NCBI GenBank assembly: GCA_041640595.1 | Contig: JBEPZY010000012.1 | Location: 1-30,878 of the forward strand | Reading direction: 5' to 3' | Source of the DNA: Gemmatales bacterium | GTDB taxonomy: Bacteria; Planctomycetota; Planctomycetia; Gemmatales; HRBIN36 | Length of the DNA: 30,878 bases | Shown: positions 20,735 through 30,148 of the stretch, piece by piece | Numbering within the stretch: position 1 is the first letter of the stretch | Layout: each line of letters starts with the position of its first letter | Notes under the pieces: generated by a model | What the model was told of the DNA's origin: nothing | The model's input: the letters and a program-made list of their open reading frames with translations, nothing else | Database searches by the model: none | Translations under genes and position numbers: made by a program

Positions 20735-20774
20735 CCGCTTCGACCTCCAGTGCAGCGGTAACGTTCCGCACGGC

Positions 20775-21287
20775 TTACGAAGCTGGCGGCGTGGGCTGGT
20801 GTTCCTGGAGCCAGGTTTCGAGCTGGCGATCGGCTGCCAGGGCCTGCTGCAAAGTCAGCGTGGGCAATTGCACCTGCTTTTCTCGCCGCTGCCAGTGTCG
20901 CAACAGTCGTTCCCGCTGGGCCAGCAATTTCAGGACACGATCCAGAACCGGCAAATCGCCCTGCACTGCCTGACGCCACAGGCTGCGAATCAGCCGCTCC
21001 AGTCGAAAGAGCTCCAGGCGTAGCAACAGCACCGACCCTTCCCGCGGTGCCAGTTTCAGAGCGCGCTGCAACATTCGCCAAACCGCCCAGTTCGATTCCA
21101 GACCCAGAAGCTGGCAAATCTCCGGATAACCGCAACCAGCCAGGCGAAGTTCCAGCACTTGCCGGGCAAGTTGATTTTTGTCCGTGTGCTGAGCGGCACG
21201 GAGCTGGCTTGCGGCGGGGCTAGCGCTGCTTCTGGTCGCTGCCGTTTTTTTGATCCTGCTCGTGGTGGGCGAAGTGCGTTTTGCCAT
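20775..21287 (-). CDS. HTH protein, putative terminase small subunit
   Basis: VLELRLAGCGYPEICQLLGL HTH-like segment followed by a helical LELFRLERL...GDLPVLDRVLKLLAQRERLL region. Lies immediately upstream of the large terminase. AGGAG RBS. Confidence 0.65.
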   Translation of the reverse strand: MAKRTSPTTSRIKKTAATRSSASPAASQLRAAQHTDKNQLARQVLELRLAGCGYPEICQLLGLESNWAVWRMLQRALKLAPREGSVLLLRLELFRLERLIRSLWRQAVQGDLPVLDRVLKLLAQRERLLRHWQRREKQVQLPTLTLQQALAADRQLETWLQEHQPTPPAS

Positions 21288-22362
21288 GGTGCTTCTCCTG
21301 TAGCCAGGCCGGGCCTACGTAAAGAAAGGTCGCGGTCAATCGTCCGCACGAGCTGCTGCGCCAGCGAGCCGGACACGCATGGCCGAACCGCAACAATTTC
21401 CAGTACCGACTGCGGGCACGGTGACGGATCATGGCCGGATGACTGGTGATCGAGTAAAACCGCCGCCCTCGGCTTTTCAACCATCCTCCCAGCCATTCGC
21501 TCAAAGCGTTGCCGATGCCCAATCCCTGATAGTCGGGCAAAACGACGGTGCGATGCTCGCGGTAAGCTCCCGCCACGCCGAACATCGGCAGATAACTGGT
21601 GAAGGCGACCATCTCGCCCTACCAGTGCGCCACAAAACAGCGAGCCGCCCGGTGTAATTCAGCGCTCAGATAATGATGCGGGCTAAACACGGGCCAGACT
21701 GCGCGGGAGGCCGGGTAGATTTCCAGCGGCACGCGCGGTCGTCCCCGGCAACGCCGACGAAAAAACTGCCCCTGCGCTGTGTCGTACACCCAGTCGGGAT
21801 CCAGCCAGGGCAGAATATCCCGGTGGCAGGTCAGGGCGACCAGTTTCGGTTGGCCTCGCCGACGCAAGGCCCGCGCCAGACTGGCACAGCACACCCGGGC
21901 CGCTCGACGATCCACCAGACTGCTGAATTCATCCATGACGATGACCGGCTTATCTTCGAGCAACGCTCGCGCTAAGTCGCAGCGGAATTGCTGACCGGCC
22001 GAAAGTTCACCGTACCGTTTCAACCAGTGCGGCGGCGAGGAAAAACCGACCGCCGACAGGGCCTGCACAATGTCACGAATGCCCAGATGCGGCGGAAAAG
22101 CGTCCACGATGGCCCTGTCCTCCGGCCAAAAGTAAGCGGACACGTAGGCAGATTCGCCGAATAAAGCCCGGCCCAGGGTAGTTTTCCCCGAACCCGATGG
22201 GCCGACAATCAGGCCGATCTGCCACGCGAGATTTTCCAGCGGAAGTTCGGCGGAGATTTCCTCGACGAACTCCTCGCGGTTCGGCAAATCGAATATGCCG
22301 CACACCTGGGCGACACGGAAGCTGGGCCGGATACGACTGCGATGCTGCACCTGGATTCGCAT
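21220..22362 (-). pseudogene. ABC-type ATPase/GNAT acetyltransferase fusion interrupted by one in-frame TAG (21619-21621); pseudogene, split gene or read-through
   Basis: GPSGSGKT Walker A, LSAGQ signature and MDEF Walker B, then HHYLS...RCFVAHW*GEMVAF...HRTVVLPDYQGLGIG (acetyl-CoA motif). The two ORF-track pieces are in the same frame. GGAGG RBS before ATG 22362. Confidence 0.8.
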
Positions 22363-22378
22363 GGGCGACCTCCGTTGT

Positions 22379-23089
22379 TCAAAAGGCCAGCACGCGACAA
22401 CGCCATCCCTCGGCGGTGAGACGTTCGTAAAGTTGCCGCTGGCTTGCTTCATCGGGACACTCGACGAGCACCTCATACCGGCTGGGCGGCAGGCTCACCG
22501 AACGTTTCGTGGTATCCGCCGCAGTGAGCGTTTCCGGCGGCAAAGGTAACTCGCTCTGCCGGGCAAAGACGGTCAAAGCTTCGGCGAGATGAGCATCCAC
22601 CTCGGCCAGTGTTTCCAGCAATTCCTGCCAGCGCTGGGGATCGGGTTCGGCCAGAGCGCTCAGCGGATCCAGCAAAGCAAGAATCTTGCGTTCCTGTTGC
22701 TCCGACCAGGAGCCGACCAGCACCGGTACTTTCTGCCCGTGTGCGAGTTCTTTGCGGAGATGGCCATCCAGCAGCCGACCGGTGCGTTCGTTGTAGAGCA
22801 GTGCCCCGGCCCAACCGACTTCATGCAACAACCGCGCCAACGCTTGCTTCTGCCGAGCCGGATGCCGTCGCCAGTTGGCTGGATGCTCCGTCAACCGATC
22901 CGCTTCCCACCACTCCAGCCGCAAGCCTTGCGGTTCCGGTAAGCCAGTAACCGAACCGGCCTGCTCTGCCTGCGGGTCTGGGTCTGCCGGTAGCGATTGC
23001 AGTTGTGCGTTCCCTGCTTCGCACGCCTTCGCCGACTCTGCCGACGGTGTCTCGCGGATGCTGGAATCACTCGACCGAACACGTGCCAT
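22379..23089 (-). CDS. ParB/Srx N-terminal-like domain protein (phage type)
   Basis: LTEHPANWRRHP..Q...L..VGWAGALLYNERTGRLLDGHLR, and C-terminal YEVLVECPDEASQRQLYERLTAEGWRCR. AGGAGG RBS before ATG 23089. Confidence 0.8.
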   Translation of the reverse strand: MARVRSSDSSIRETPSAESAKACEAGNAQLQSLPADPDPQAEQAGSVTGLPEPQGLRLEWWEADRLTEHPANWRRHPARQKQALARLLHEVGWAGALLYNERTGRLLDGHLRKELAHGQKVPVLVGSWSEQQERKILALLDPLSALAEPDPQRWQELLETLAEVDAHLAEALTVFARQSELPLPPETLTAADTTKRSVSLPPSRYEVLVECPDEASQRQLYERLTAEGWRCRVLAF

Positions 23090-23219
23090 GCTGCGTTCCT
23101 CCTGGCTGTCTCTCCGGGTTGTGCATGTTGGCTTGCAGGAGCAGGCAAGCGAATGCTGCTTTCCTCCTGGCCGCCTTTTCGGGGTTCCGTGATAAGTGCA
23201 TTTTTGTACACTTGATAGC

Positions 23220-23249
23220 AGTATGCCACAACGGCCAGGCACGAGTCAA
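23220..23249 (-). promoter_or_regulatory. Putative sigma70-type promoter of the ParB-terminase operon
   Basis: Minus strand reads TTGACT-18 bp-CATACT with a TGn extension, in a locally AT-rich patch. Confidence 0.45.
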
Positions 23250-23385
23250 GGTCAAATCGGCCAACCTGCCGCTTTTCGGGCACAGTAACATCACGCCATA
23301 GGAGCGACCGGCGTCAGTTAGCTGTGCCAAACGAAACCCGATGCAAATCGCAACCGTTCATCTGCGACGACATGCGTGCGTGCAA

Positions 23386-24392
23386 CCAGGAGCGGGGAGC
23401 GTTAGCCCCCCGTGGTGCGGAGAGTCGAATGTGGGGTGCAAAAACGTATTCAGTCCGAAAAAGTCGGCTGCCGTGCCGATTGTGTTATCGAACCACGGCG
23501 GGCTAACGCCCGCCGCTCTTGGTTGAACCTGCGTTTGTGCAGCGCAAAAATCGTTTTTCGCCGGCGGACATTCGCACAGCAACGCAAGAGCGGGGGGCGT
23601 AAGCCCCCCGTGGTTTCGCTACCGCGACTGCACCGGGATTTGTGAACGCACCGATGGCAGTCTCCCGCGACTTGGCGGCAGCGTTCCTGCATGTGCATTT
23701 CCTTAACACCCACGGCGGGCTGACGAACGCCGCTCTTGATTCAGTGTTCGCTAGTCGCCGAACATCGCGCGATTCTGGCCGCACGACGTTCGGTTCACTG
23801 AGCCACGGCGGGCTAACGCCCGCCGCTCTTGTGAAGCTGCGTTCGCGTATCGGAAAAATCGCCGTTTCATCGGCGAACCAACACCGTTCAACCAAGAGCG
23901 GGGGGCGTAAGCCCCCGTGGTTTCGCTACGGCGCTTGCAAGTGCGCTTCCAGCACATTACGGACAACGTTCGCCCAACCACACCCACGGCGGGCTAACGC
24001 CCGCCGCTCTTGTGAAGATGCGTTCGCGTATCGCAAAAATCGCTGTTTCATCAGCGAACCAACACCGTGCAACCAGGAGCGGGGGGCGTAAGCCCCCCGT
24101 GGTGCGGAGAGCCGAGTGTGCGGTGCGAAAACGTATTCAGTCCGAAAAAGTCGGCTGCCGTCGCAATCGCGTTACCGAAGCACGGCGGGCTAACGCCCGC
24201 CGCTCTTGATTCTGCGTGTGCCAGTCGCCGAACATTGCGCGATTCTGACCGCACGACGCCCCGATGACCGAACCACGGCGGGCTGACGAACGCCGCTCTT
24301 GGTCGTGTATTCGCCCGTCGCTGAACAACATTCGCCTCTTGCGGCACAGCGATCGTATGACCGAAGCACGGCGGGCTGACGGTCGCCGCTCC
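23386..24392. repeat. REP/REPIN-like palindrome array 4
   Basis: Roughly a dozen hairpins CCACGGCGGGCT(A/G)ACGCCCGCCGCTC and inverted G-run partners with re-used linkers. Confidence 0.9.
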
Positions 24393-24424
24393 TGGGGTTG
24401 CATTGTGAATACGCTGGTGGGCGA

Positions 24425-25036
24425 TTATTTCATCATGCCGCGGCGACGGGCCAGGTCGAACAGAAACTGGTACCGCTCCTGGATGCGCAAATCGCGTTTT
24501 TCTTCGGCGCGGCCCATTTCGTCGCGAGCCTCGGCCAGTTCGCGTTCCAGTTCCTCGATGCGCAGGCGGAGCAATTCCATGTCCAGCTCCACGAGCCGCT
24601 TCGCCGCATCCCGCAAGTCGGATTGTAAACCTGGCTTTTCCGCGCTGTTGCTGGTACTCAGACGTGCCACCAGGACCAAAGCGCGGCTCTCGGTTTTCCA
24701 GCGTTCCAGCTCCAGTTGATAACGCCGTTCATCGCGGATACGCAACTCCGTCAGAGCTTCCGAAAACTGGAAAATCTCGCAAATCTCCTGCTGGTAGCGT
24801 TTCCAGTCGGCGCGGCGAACTCGCTCCAGAAGCGGCAACAGATCGGGATAATGTCGCCGCACGAAGGTCAACGCCGCCGCTTCTCGCTCCTCGGTGAAGA
24901 CAGGTAAATGTGGTTCCGCCGCGGTCGCCACCGTTTTCGTTGGCAACAAAACACATCCCAATAGTAAGCCAGCAATCAACGTGCATGCCAGGCCAGGCAG
25001 CGCGGCCGGGCGATTGTTCCAGGGCAACGCGGTCAT
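24425..25036 (-). CDS. Exported helical/coiled-coil protein in the ECF sigma operon
   Basis: Hydrophobic signal-like N-terminus and an E/R/L-rich helical body. GAGGAGG RBS. Confidence 0.7.
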   Translation of the reverse strand: MTALPWNNRPAALPGLACTLIAGLLLGCVLLPTKTVATAAEPHLPVFTEEREAAALTFVRRHYPDLLPLLERVRRADWKRYQQEICEIFQFSEALTELRIRDERRYQLELERWKTESRALVLVARLSTSNSAEKPGLQSDLRDAAKRLVELDMELLRLRIEELERELAEARDEMGRAEEKRDLRIQERYQFLFDLARRRGMMK

Positions 25037-25049
25037 GGATAAGTCCTCC

Positions 25050-25643
25050 TCACATGCCCATCTGCTGGTCGCGGGGGCACGGTTGGTTGAAATATTCTAA
25101 GAGCGGCAAATGACGCACCGCAGCGGGTGAAGAGCGGTTGGCGTTTTTCTGACCGTCGGACGCAATTTGAGCCACACGCTCGGCCGTGGTCAAATCCACG
25201 TAGGTTATCGCGGCCAGGTTTTCGAAATCCTCAGCGGCATCGGTGAGGATAGCGGCAGGATTGCCCGATCGCGGCAACGGATCGGCCTGCGCTTGCGAAA
25301 AGCCAGTGGCGGAATGGCTGCCCCAGCGCAACTGGCCCAATCCGGTCAACACCGCCAGTGTGGTGATAGCTCCCAGGCACGCCGCCATCGCCAGTTTCAA
25401 CCAGGGACGAAAGCCGGTCGCCGGTTTTCGCAATCGCCGACGCAGCTGGTCGCGCCAGCAGGCCGATGGGCCGGCGATAGGCCAACGGCTCGCCATCGTT
25501 TCCATGGCGCTGACCAGCGCATCGCGAACCGCTTGGGATTCGGCAAGCCGGTTTTCAAAAGCCGCCGTTTCTTCCGGCGTCAATTCGCCCACCAGATACA
25601 AAATCGCCTGCCGATGCCAGGAGGTCGAAGTTGGCGAGTTCAT
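25050..25643 (-). CDS. Putative membrane-bound anti-sigma factor
   Basis: LYLVGELTPEETAAFENRLAES anti-sigma-like N-terminus and one transmembrane helix. Lies directly downstream of the ECF sigma gene. Confidence 0.75.
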   Translation of the reverse strand: MNSPTSTSWHRQAILYLVGELTPEETAAFENRLAESQAVRDALVSAMETMASRWPIAGPSACWRDQLRRRLRKPATGFRPWLKLAMAACLGAITTLAVLTGLGQLRWGSHSATGFSQAQADPLPRSGNPAAILTDAAEDFENLAAITYVDLTTAERVAQIASDGQKNANRSSPAAVRHLPLLEYFNQPCPRDQQMGM

Positions 25644-25692
25644 GGGCTGGCTCCGATAAGGATACGACCCTTGTGTTTGCTTGCCCGTCGGT

Positions 25693-26412
25693 CTAGGAAT
25701 CGGAATCGGCGGACGAATCTTCCGCCAGACGCAGGAGGCGTTTCAATGCCTGGTGCCAGCGAGCCAGGGCAGTGCCCAGCGGGCAACCGAGTCGAGCAGC
25801 GATTTCCCGAAAGCGTAAGCCCTCGAAAATCCGCAGGCGAAGCACCTGTTGCAGGCCTGGCGGTAGCTGAGTGACCCAGCGTTCCAGCTGGGCGAGTTGT
25901 TCCTGGCGTTGCACTTGCTGCCAGGGTTCGGGAGTATTGGCCGGACACGGAAGTTCTTCGATGTCGGGCCCGCCGGAACCGAAGCGCTTGTGCAATGCCT
26001 GGCGGCGACGTTCCAGCATGGCCTGATGGTAGGCCACGGTGAATAGCCAGCCGCGAAAATGCTCCCGATCCACGCCGTCCAGCCGCGTCAGAGCCGTGTA
26101 AAAAGTTTCTTGCAGCACATCCTCGGCTCGGTGCGGATCTCGCAGCAAGCCCAGCACGAACAGATACACGGGCCTTTCGTAGCGGCTCAATAACGTTTCC
26201 AGGGCCGATTCGTCACCGCTACGCCAGCGGTCGAGCAATTCGGCGTCGCTGACCGTAGCCCCGGGCTGGTCTGGCTGCTGCTCGGCCGGGCGATCCCCGC
26301 ACGGTAAAGGTGACACCGACGGCCTGGCTCCCGTCGCACCGGGGTGACCGGCGTCTATTTGGTCGGTGCGCGACGGCCGATTTTTATTGTGCTCGGACAT
26401 GCCGGGCCCCAT
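25693..26412 (-). CDS. ECF-family RNA polymerase sigma-70 factor
   Basis: SDAELL...GDESALETLLSRYE...AEDVLQETF...FRGWLFTVA (region 2) and LRIFEGLRFREIAARLGCPLGT (region 4). Start uncertain (26412 or 26400). Confidence 0.92.
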   Translation of the reverse strand: MGPGMSEHNKNRPSRTDQIDAGHPGATGARPSVSPLPCGDRPAEQQPDQPGATVSDAELLDRWRSGDESALETLLSRYERPVYLFVLGLLRDPHRAEDVLQETFYTALTRLDGVDREHFRGWLFTVAYHQAMLERRRQALHKRFGSGGPDIEELPCPANTPEPWQQVQRQEQLAQLERWVTQLPPGLQQVLRLRIFEGLRFREIAARLGCPLGTALARWHQALKRLLRLAEDSSADSDS

Positions 26413-26531
26413 TTTGCCACGGCTGCTTTCGGGCTTACCGTCAGCGGCAGATGATCAGCCGCTCCGATGCAATCCTGGTTGCGGCAGGGGTGACCGAAGC
26501 GCCTGGGTTGACCAGGTCACTTCGGGGATGG

Positions 26532-27893
26532 CTAAGCGACACGTTCCGCTTCGAGTGCTTCGCGATACGCATCCACCAGGCCATCAATTTCTGCCCGGCT
26601 CCGCGATTCGGTCACGGCGAGGCTGACCGCCTGACCTAACGCCGGGTACCATTTTCCCAGCCAGATTCCGCCCAAGTAACCGCGGGACAGGAGTCGCTGT
26701 AAGACGGCCCGTGGATTGCCGGGCAGCAGCAGGGTAAATTCCTTGAAAAAAGGTCGGTCGAACGCCAGCCGCACACCGGGAATTTCGCACAGTCGCCTGG
26801 CCGTGTAATGAGCTTTCCGCAGGCAAAGTTCGGCTGTTTCCCGCAATCCCTGGGGACCGAGTGCCGCCAGGTAAACCGCCGCACGCAAGGCCATCAGTCC
26901 CTGGTTGGTGCAGATGTTGGAAGTCGCTTTCTCCCGACGGATGTGCTGCTCGCGGGTCTGTAAAGTCAATACCCAGCACCGCCGACCCTGCCGATCTACG
27001 GTTTGTCCCACCAGCCGACCCGGCATCTTGCGAACATAGGCTTGCCGGCAGGCGAGGATTCCCAGATAAGGCCCACCGAATTGCATGGGGATACCGAGCG
27101 GTTGTCCCTCAGCAACGACGATATCGGCCCCGTAATCGCCAGGTCGGCGAAGCAAGCCCAGGCTGATCGGGTCAACGCTGACGACGAACAGAGCACCCCG
27201 CCGATGGCAACGCTCGGCCAGCTGCTCGACCTCCTCCAGGTGTCCGAAGAAATTGGGATGCTGCACCAGCACCGCCGCGGTGTCTTCGGTTAATGCCTGG
27301 CTCAGCAGGTCGGGATCGAGGAAACCTTGCGGTGTCGGCAAGGTGACCAGTTGCGGTTCCAGATGGGCCAGGTAGGCCTGCACGGTCTGGCGGTAATGGG
27401 GATGGACGCTCTCGGCCAGGAGAATCCGCCCGTAGCGCCCGGTTACACTCAGGGCCATCATCGCCGCTTCCGCTAACGCACTGCCCCCTTCGTACAAACT
27501 AGCGTTGGCTACTTCCATCCCCGTCAACTGGCAGACCAGCGTCTGATACTCAAAAAACGCCTGCAAGCTGCCCTGGCTTGCCTCGGCCTGGTACGGTGTG
27601 TAGGCGGTGTAAAATTCGCTGCGACTGGCAACGGTGTCCACTACCGCGGGGATGAAGTGATCGTAACTGCCGCCTCCCAGAAAGCAAATCGCTTCCTGGC
27701 CGACACGGTTGCGCGAGGCCAGCTGGCTGATATGCTCGGTCAATTCCTGTTCCGTCAGGGCCGGTGGGACGTTCGGCAAGCGCTGCAAGCGTGCCGCCGG
27801 GGGAATACACGCGAACAGTTCCTCCACCGAAGACAGCCCGAGGGCGGCCAGCATTTCCTGTTGCTGCTGTTGGGTATTGCCAATGTAGGCCAC
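26532..27893 (-). CDS. gcvPA: Glycine dehydrogenase (decarboxylating) subunit 1
   Basis: FLGGGSYDHFIP, EFYTAYTPYQAEASQG and TREQHIRREKATSNICTNQ. GTG start at 27893 after GGAGG. Confidence 0.96.
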   Translation of the reverse strand: MAYIGNTQQQQQEMLAALGLSSVEELFACIPPAARLQRLPNVPPALTEQELTEHISQLASRNRVGQEAICFLGGGSYDHFIPAVVDTVASRSEFYTAYTPYQAEASQGSLQAFFEYQTLVCQLTGMEVANASLYEGGSALAEAAMMALSVTGRYGRILLAESVHPHYRQTVQAYLAHLEPQLVTLPTPQGFLDPDLLSQALTEDTAAVLVQHPNFFGHLEEVEQLAERCHRRGALFVVSVDPISLGLLRRPGDYGADIVVAEGQPLGIPMQFGGPYLGILACRQAYVRKMPGRLVGQTVDRQGRRCWVLTLQTREQHIRREKATSNICTNQGLMALRAAVYLAALGPQGLRETAELCLRKAHYTARRLCEIPGVRLAFDRPFFKEFTLLLPGNPRAVLQRLLSRGYLGGIWLGKWYPALGQAVSLAVTESRSRAEIDGLVDAYREALEAERVA

Positions 27894-27919
27894 AGGTTTA
27901 CCTCCGCGGCAACTCGCAT

Positions 27920-28303
27920 TTATGCCTGCTGGGCGATCTGTTGCTGGTACTCGGCATAGGAAAGCAATCGGCTCCACCGGGCGTTGGCGGCGGGGCGAAT
28001 CTTAATGAGCCAGCCCTGACCGTATGGATCGCGGCTGATGATCTGGGGTTCGGCAACGACAGCCTCGTTGACCGCCACGACTTCGCCATCCACAGGGGCG
28101 TACAGATCGCTGACCGCTTTGATGGATTCCACTTCGCCGAAACTCGAGCCCGCTTCGGTGCGGGTACCCAGGGGCGGAAGTTCGATATAGACCAGATCGC
28201 GGAGCAAGTCGGCAGCGTACTGGGTGATGCCGACCGTAACCAGTCCGTCCTGTTCGGCCACCCACTCATGGGTTTCGGTGTAGCGTAATTGTTCGGGGTT
28301 CAT
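27920..28303 (-). CDS. gcvH: Glycine cleavage system H protein
   Basis: YTETHEW, VGITQYA, lipoyl-lysine motif EVESIKAVSDLYAPVDGEV and DPYGQGW. Confidence 0.97.
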   Translation of the reverse strand: MNPEQLRYTETHEWVAEQDGLVTVGITQYAADLLRDLVYIELPPLGTRTEAGSSFGEVESIKAVSDLYAPVDGEVVAVNEAVVAEPQIISRDPYGQGWLIKIRPAANARWSRLLSYAEYQQQIAQQA

Positions 28304-28363
28304 GCCTGCTCCTTCGCGGGGAGAAAGTGGTCGGCGGGAGATCGGCAGGATTCACCGGCGCGT

Positions 28364-29515
28364 TTATGAGCTTGCACGTCGGCGGCAATAAAAGGGCAAG
28401 GGGACGACCTGAGCGGCTTCCCGCTGGCCTCGAATCTCCACTTCCAGTCGCGTTCCCACTGCCGTGCAAGCCGGGGCTACGTAAGCCAGTGCTATGCTCT
28501 TTTGCAGTGTCGGTGCAAAAGTACCGCTGCTGATCCAGCCGACCGGTTGCTCACCCTGCCAGACGCGGCACTGCTCACGGGCAATGCGCCGGCCAGCCAG
28601 TTCCAGACCGACACGTTTCGGCAAATTTTTGTCCTCTCGCCGGCGCAGCAATGCCTGCCGACCGATAAAGTCCTTTTCCTGCCATTTTACCGCCCATTCC
28701 AAACCCGCCTGGAAGGGATCAATCTCTTCCGTCAATTCATGGCCATAGAGCGGCATCGCCGCTTCCAGTCGCAGCGTATCACGGGCTCCCAGGCCGCAGG
28801 CAGTTACGCCCAATCCCTGCAAATCTTCCCACAGCGGCAGGGCCTGGCTCTGCGGGACAATCCATTCCAGGCCATCTTCGCCGGTGTAACCGGTGCGGCT
28901 GACCAGACAGCGCTGCCCTCGGTACGACACATACCGGCCATGGTAATAACGCAAATCGTGCAAAGGCGTGTCGGTCAGCTTCTGGCAAAGCTCCACCGCG
29001 ATCGGCCCCTGCACAGCCACCATTGCCGTGGCGAAAGTGGCATCGTGAATTTCGACTTCTCGACCCTGCCGGTGCGTTTCCAGCCAGGCGAGAATTTTCT
29101 CGCGGTTGGCAGCGTTGACCACCAGCAGGTACGGGAAACCCTGTGACAGCGGATTGTCACTGCTCGAATCAGTCGCCAGGTCCCCCGGGGCAATTTCCGG
29201 CAAGCGGTAAAGCAGCACGTCATCTTTCACCCCGCCGGCTTCATTACAAATCAAACCGTACCGCACCTGGCCCGTCTTCAGCGTGGCCACCGCATTGGTG
29301 TAAACCCACTCCAGCAGGAAAAGAGCATCCGAACCTCGCAAAAACAATCGCCCCATGTGGCTTATATCGAAGCGACCTGCCCGCTGACGGACTGCCTGAT
29401 GTTCCTCGGTGATGGTGGTGTAGTGCAAGGGCATGTCCCAGCCGGCAAACGGAACCAGGCGTGCCCCCTGGGCTTGATGAGCTGTGTAAAGCGGCGTGCG
29501 GTAAAGCTGGCTCAT
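28364..29515 (-). CDS. gcvT: Glycine cleavage system aminomethyltransferase T
   Basis: RTPLY..H...GARLVPFAGWDMP, FDISHMG, SRTGYTGEDGLE and GLGARDTLRLEAAMPLYG. Start at 29515 or 29569. Confidence 0.96.
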   Translation of the reverse strand: MSQLYRTPLYTAHQAQGARLVPFAGWDMPLHYTTITEEHQAVRQRAGRFDISHMGRLFLRGSDALFLLEWVYTNAVATLKTGQVRYGLICNEAGGVKDDVLLYRLPEIAPGDLATDSSSDNPLSQGFPYLLVVNAANREKILAWLETHRQGREVEIHDATFATAMVAVQGPIAVELCQKLTDTPLHDLRYYHGRYVSYRGQRCLVSRTGYTGEDGLEWIVPQSQALPLWEDLQGLGVTACGLGARDTLRLEAAMPLYGHELTEEIDPFQAGLEWAVKWQEKDFIGRQALLRRREDKNLPKRVGLELAGRRIAREQCRVWQGEQPVGWISSGTFAPTLQKSIALAYVAPACTAVGTRLEVEIRGQREAAQVVPLPFYCRRRASS

Positions 29516-29818
29516 GGGAATTGCAGCACTGGCAGACGGCGTTATTTCCGAAGCAGCGTATCTCAGCACAAGCTCATTCGGGAGAGCTGGACGACCTGGC
29601 GACGCGCTTCGCAGCCATCGAGTTCGCCCCGCTCATGGTCGCGGTTCCGAGACCGGCGTTATCCTTCGAGGACCGACCGCATCTCGGTTGCCACCAGGCG
29701 GATGATGTAGCGAGTCGTTAGCATGCGCCATTGCGTCGGGCGACACGGACACTGCATCTCGGTTGCCACGCAGCGGATATTATGGTCAGGTCGAGGTTAT
29801 CCTTATGGATGCAAGCCC

Positions 29819-30007
29819 AGTCCGGCTAATCCCCGCCACATTCATCGTTGCAAAAGCTCCGCGACGGAGACGGCGCTATCTGCGGTGGAGTTGAGTCCGG
29901 CTAATCCCCGCCACATTCCCCGTTGCAAAAACTCCGCGACGGAGACGGCGCTATTTGCGGTGGAGTTGAGTCCGGCTAATCCCCGCCACATTCCCCGTTG
30001 CAAAAAC
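29819..30007. repeat. 75-bp tandem repeat, ~2.5 copies
   Basis: AGTCCGGCTAATCCCCGCCACATTC at 29819, 29894 and 29969. Confidence 0.9.
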
Positions 30008-30148
30008 GCCTGCGGCTCCGCAAAGTCTGCCGCCGTCTCATGTGAAGAAACGACCGCGGCTCATGGTTGCACGGTACTCGCTCGCCGGATGGCCCGATGT
30101 TCGTTCGCCGATGAAATGGCGATTTTTCCGATATGCGAACGCACGTTC

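Noticed and set aside
19262..23089. Complete prophage
   Set aside because: No integrase, portal, capsid, tail, lysis genes or att repeats. Both flanks are host genes.
29520..29810. Glycine riboswitch upstream of gcvT
   Set aside because: I could not find the conserved GGAGA / CCGAAG / CUCUCAGG elements on the minus strand. A covariance-model search would settle it.
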